NCBI GenBank assembly: GCA_964355275.1 | Contig: CAYHCB010000001.1 | Location: 99,424 to 163,423, forward strand | Reading direction: 5' to 3' | Source: an uncultured Gammaproteobacteria bacterium | GTDB taxonomy: Bacteria; Patescibacteriota; Patescibacteriia; Patescibacteriales; UBA12465 | Length of the DNA: 64,000 nt | The notes under the pieces: generated by a model | Told to the model about the DNA's origin: nothing | What the model saw: only the letters and a program-made list of their open reading frames with translations | Database searches by the model: none | Made by a program: the position numbers and the translations under genes | Shown: positions 61,080 to 64,000 of the stretch, piece after piece | How positions within the stretch are numbered: position 1 is the stretch's first letter | Layout of the letters: each line of letters opens with the position of its first letter

Positions 61080-64000
61080 TTATTTTTTTAACTCAAATCC
61101 AGCACCAACAAAATGCATCATATCAAAATCAGTTTTAGTTTCCGGTAAAATACCGGCGATAATTACATCGTTACCAAAAAAATTATCAATTGTATCCCCG
61201 GTCTTAGTAATAAGTTTATTTTCAATCATCATATTAGCCTCACTTGAGCCAATATAAATTGGTAAATATTTTTTATCACCTAGAGTTAACACGTCAAAGC
61301 CCTGAATACTATTCTTTAGTTTTTCTGGAGTATTATTTGTGGTATCAAAATAAAATACTTTTATAATTTCTTTTTCGGCTACATATTTTACCGTGGCTAC
61401 GCTCGTCATCTTAGATAAAGTATTATTATTGACGAAATGATAATCATCTAATAGGGTTCCGGTTGGCTCTAAGATACCAACAATTTTTACACTTGATAAA
61501 CCAAAGAAATCTTTCAAGCTATCCCCAACGCCGTTTATTAATTTTTTTTCCTTCATCATCATAGCTTCTTTATAACCCAGAATCATCTCATCATTACCTA
61601 AGGTTAGAACGCCTTCTTTGACTGTTAATATTCCTGGCAGACTACCGACTCCTAAAATTAATTTAGGATTACCTTCTGCAAAATTAATTTTAGTAATACT
61701 ACTAGCGATAAAATTATTTAATGTCGTGGCTGTTTGGACAGAAACTACTGCCCCCATACCTTGGCTCTCCATGCCAGAACTAAGTTTTGCAAACTCAAAG
61801 AAACCAAAAGTAAACACGATTACCATCACAATTGGAGCAATTAGTGAAAAATAATTTCTTTTACTTGGTTTAAAATATTTAAGTAACAATGAATTGCCAA
61901 CAACTGAAATAGAACTCATCGCCATAGCAAGACCAGCCAATTCTGGTTTAAGAACTAAACCAAAACCAAGAAAAACACGAGCGGCAATTGGAATACCAAT
62001 AACATTATAAAATAAAGCAAAGAACATATTCTGCTTAATCTTACTCATCGTTTCACGAGATAACTCAAAAGCAGTAACCACATCATTTAAATCGTTCTTC
62101 ATAATAACAATACCCCCAGTCTCCATTGCCACGTCGGTCCCAGAACCCATCGCAATACCTAAATCAGCTTGAGCTAAAGCGGGAGCATCATTAATACCAT
62201 CGCCAACCATTGCTACTTTATAATTATTTTGTTGTAATTTTTTTACTTCACTGGCCTTATCTTCTGGTAAAACTTCAGACAATACATTGGTAATACCCAC
62301 TTGAGCGGCAATTGCTTGAGCGGTGCGTTCATTGTCACCAGTTATCATATAAACTTTAATGCCAAGTTTTTTTAAATTAGCGACGGCTTCGGCTGAAGTC
62401 TTTTTAACTGTATCGGCTACAGCAATAAAACCTAATATTTTTTCTTTAGTGGCAAGAATCATCACTGTTTTACCTTGTTCTTCTAACTTAATTAATTTTT
62501 GATTTATTGTGTCAATTGATAAATTTAAAATTTCTGTCATGAGTCTTCTGTTGCCAAAATAATAATTAGTATTATTAATTACACCACTAACTCCATGCCC
62601 AGCGATGGCTGCGAATTCTTTTACTTCTGCTAAACTGACAACTTTTAAATTAGCATAGGAATAAATTGCTTCAGCTAGTGGATGCTCTGATTGTTTTTCT
62701 AGACTAGCGGAAATCATTAAAATTTCATCTTCATTAATATTTTCAAACTTAATAATATCGGTTACTTCTGGTCTACCATTAGTTAGCGTTCCCGTTTTAT
62801 CAAATATCACAGCGTTAATATGACAGGCTGCTTCAAGTGGCTCACCACCTTTAACTAAGATGCCATACTCCGCCCCTTTACCAGTTCCAACCATTAAAGA
62901 TGTTGGCGTGGCTAGTCCCAAAGCACAAGGACAAGCAATAACAATAACCGAGGTAAAGGCCATTAAGGCGAATGATAAAGTAGCCCCTAAAAAGAAATAC
63001 CAAACAACAAAAGTAATAACTGCTAAACCAATAACCGTGGGCACAAATACAGCGGATATTTTATCAGCAAAACCCTGAATTGGCGCCTTTGATCCTTGAG
63101 CATCTTCAATTAAACGAATAATTTGGGCTAGCGTAGTCTCTCCGCCAACCCGATTTACTTCAAATTCAAAGCTACCTGTTTTGTTGATAGTGCTACCTAT
63201 TACATTATCTCCGGACTTCTTTTCTACTGGTAAACTTTCACCGGTAATCATTGATTCATCAATTGCTGATGAACCTTTAATAATTTTACCGTCAATTGGA
63301 ATTTTTTCACCTGGACGAACAATCACAATATCACCAAGAACCACGCCTTCAAGCGGAATATCTAAAGTTACACCGTTACGAATAACTCGAGCAGTCTTAG
63401 CTTGTAGGCCCATTAATTTTTTAATGGCGTCGCCAGTTTTACTTTTAGTTTTTGCCTCCAACCATTTACCAAGAATAACAAAAGTTATTAGGTAAGCCGC
63501 TGTTTCAAAATATAATTCTGGGACTTTGCCATTTTGGCCGAGCACTGAACCAGTCTTTATAAAATAATTTATAAAATTAACCAAACTATAGATAAAAGCA
63601 GTTGAAGTACCAATAGCAATTAAACTATCCATATTAAACGTCTTCATCTTAAGCGACGCCCACATCCCCTTATAAAATCTGGCACCAATAATAAATTGAA
63701 TTGGAATAGTGAGAATTAGAGAAATTATTCCGACATATGGCAAAATAGCCGCCTTACCAGGAATGGCAAAAAAATCCAAAAGCATGAAATATAGCATCGG
63801 CAAACTCAGCACAAAACTAAACCAGAATTTTTTTGCATAAGCGTTTTTCTCTTGCTCACGTTTACGATGTTCATACTCAGTATCTTTTAAGTCAACTGAT
63901 TCTGCTTTATACCCAGCCTTAGAGACTGCCTCAATTAAATCTTGTTCTTTAACTTGAGACTTATTATAAATGATACTAGCTTTCTCGGCCGCAAAATTTA
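61080..64000 (-). CDS. copA: Cu(I)-translocating P1B-type ATPase with 261-aa C-terminal extension, 5'-partial
   Basis: CPC ([11 protein letters not shown]), [22 protein letters not shown] and MAMSS TM motifs. The reading frame stays open upstream of the track start (a GTG at 63812) and encodes the end of an HMA domain up to the window edge. Confidence 0.93.
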   Translation of the reverse strand, partial: NFAAEKASIIYNKSQVKEQDLIEAVSKAGYKAESVDLKDTEYEHRKREQEKNAYAKKFWFSFVLSLPMLYFMLLDFFAIPGKAAILPYVGIISLILTIPIQFIIGARFYKGMWASLKMKTFNMDSLIAIGTSTAFIYSLVNFINYFIKTGSVLGQNGKVPELYFETAAYLITFVILGKWLEAKTKSKTGDAIKKLMGLQAKTARVIRNGVTLDIPLEGVVLGDIVIVRPGEKIPIDGKIIKGSSAIDESMITGESLPVEKKSGDNVIGSTINKTGSFEFEVNRVGGETTLAQIIRLIEDAQGSKAPIQGFADKISAVFVPTVIGLAVITFVVWYFFLGATLSFALMAFTSVIVIACPCALGLATPTSLMVGTGKGAEYGILVKGGEPLEAACHINAVIFDKTGTLTNGRPEVTDIIKFENINEDEILMISASLEKQSEHPLAEAIYSYANLKVVSLAEVKEFAAIAGHGVSGVINNTNYYFGNRRLMTEILNLSIDTINQKLIKLEEQGKTVMILATKEKILGFIAVADTVKKTSAEAVANLKKLGIKVYMITGDNERTAQAIAAQVGITNVLSEVLPEDKASEVKKLQQNNYKVAMVGDGINDAPALAQADLGIAMGSGTDVAMETGGIVIMKNDLNDVVTAFELSRETMSKIKQNMFFALFYNVIGIPIAARVFLGFGLVLKPELAGLAMAMSSISVVGNSLLLKYFKPSKRNYFSLIAPIVMVIVFTFGFFEFAKLSSGMESQGMGAVVSVQTATTLNNFIASSITKINFAEGNPKLILGVGSLPGILTVKEGVLTLGNDEMILGYKEAMMMKEKKLINGVGDSLKDFFGLSSVKIVGILEPTGTLLDDYHFVNNNTLSKMTSVATVKYVAEKEIIKVFYFDTTNNTPEKLKNSIQGFDVLTLGDKKYLPIYIGSSEANMMIENKLITKTGDTIDNFFGNDVIIAGILPETKTDFDMMHFVGAGFELKK

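Noticed and set aside
61618-63495. ORFs 61618..61854, 62860..63078 and 63181..63495 (+)
   Set aside because: They are antisense to the copA gene, which has unambiguous P-type ATPase motifs across these positions.
1-64000. Search by eye for CRISPR arrays, IS elements or transposases, integrons, retron/DGR reverse transcriptases, toxin-antitoxin pairs and known defence genes
   Set aside because: I found none. There are no spaced direct-repeat arrays, no long terminal inverted repeats and no ORFs with the corresponding motifs. Short or degenerate elements could have been missed without computational repeat finding.

Overview
Visibly AT-rich, very gene-dense chromosomal window with about 62 protein-coding genes and 2 tRNAs (Val-CAC and Leu-CAG, neither encoding CCA). 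I recognised no rRNA, CRISPR array, transposase, integrase or other mobile element. From about 3.9 kb to 50.8 kb every gene is on the minus strand. Main content, in order: secE-nusG-rplK-rplA; a two-gene NifS/IscU Fe-S system; a CCA-adding enzyme. Then a gap-SDR-NuoF-like-membrane protein-[FeFe] hydrogenase operon, rpsB-tsf, and glycolytic genes (gap, eno, a C-domain-less pyk). Then a block of large single-pass membrane proteins of unknown function mixed with glycosyltransferases and dTDP-rhamnose genes. Then a short dcw cluster (mraZ-rsmH-ftsL-ftsI-murF), cysS, dus, folC-like, a U32 peptidase, typA, an orphan OmpR-type response regulator, a GH3-family protein, an ABC-F ATPase and rarA. The window ends in a CopA-type Cu ATPase that runs off the right edge. 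Many shortened enzymes, an RRM protein, a sigma-region-4/HARE-HTH protein, DUF4012-like and DUF11-like proteins and few Shine-Dalgarno sites suggest a small-genome Patescibacteria/CPR-type bacterium. That taxonomic call is inference from gene content only; no search was run. Most noteworthy: (1) the compact gap-to-hydrogenase operon with no NuoE-like partner and an embedded membrane protein; (2) the CopA with a 261-aa C-terminal extension (extra TM helix plus an internally duplicated Met/His-bearing domain); (3) a TGT homolog that has lost all four Zn ligands; (4) the unknown-function envelope gene block; (5) several candidate cis-regulatory elements (MraZ-type TGGGG repeats, a 21-bp tandem direct repeat abutting a -35 box, a perfect inverted repeat at a strong promoter, long leaders of rpsB and the RRM gene). 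All functional calls rest on motif recognition by eye, so none is verified by a database search.
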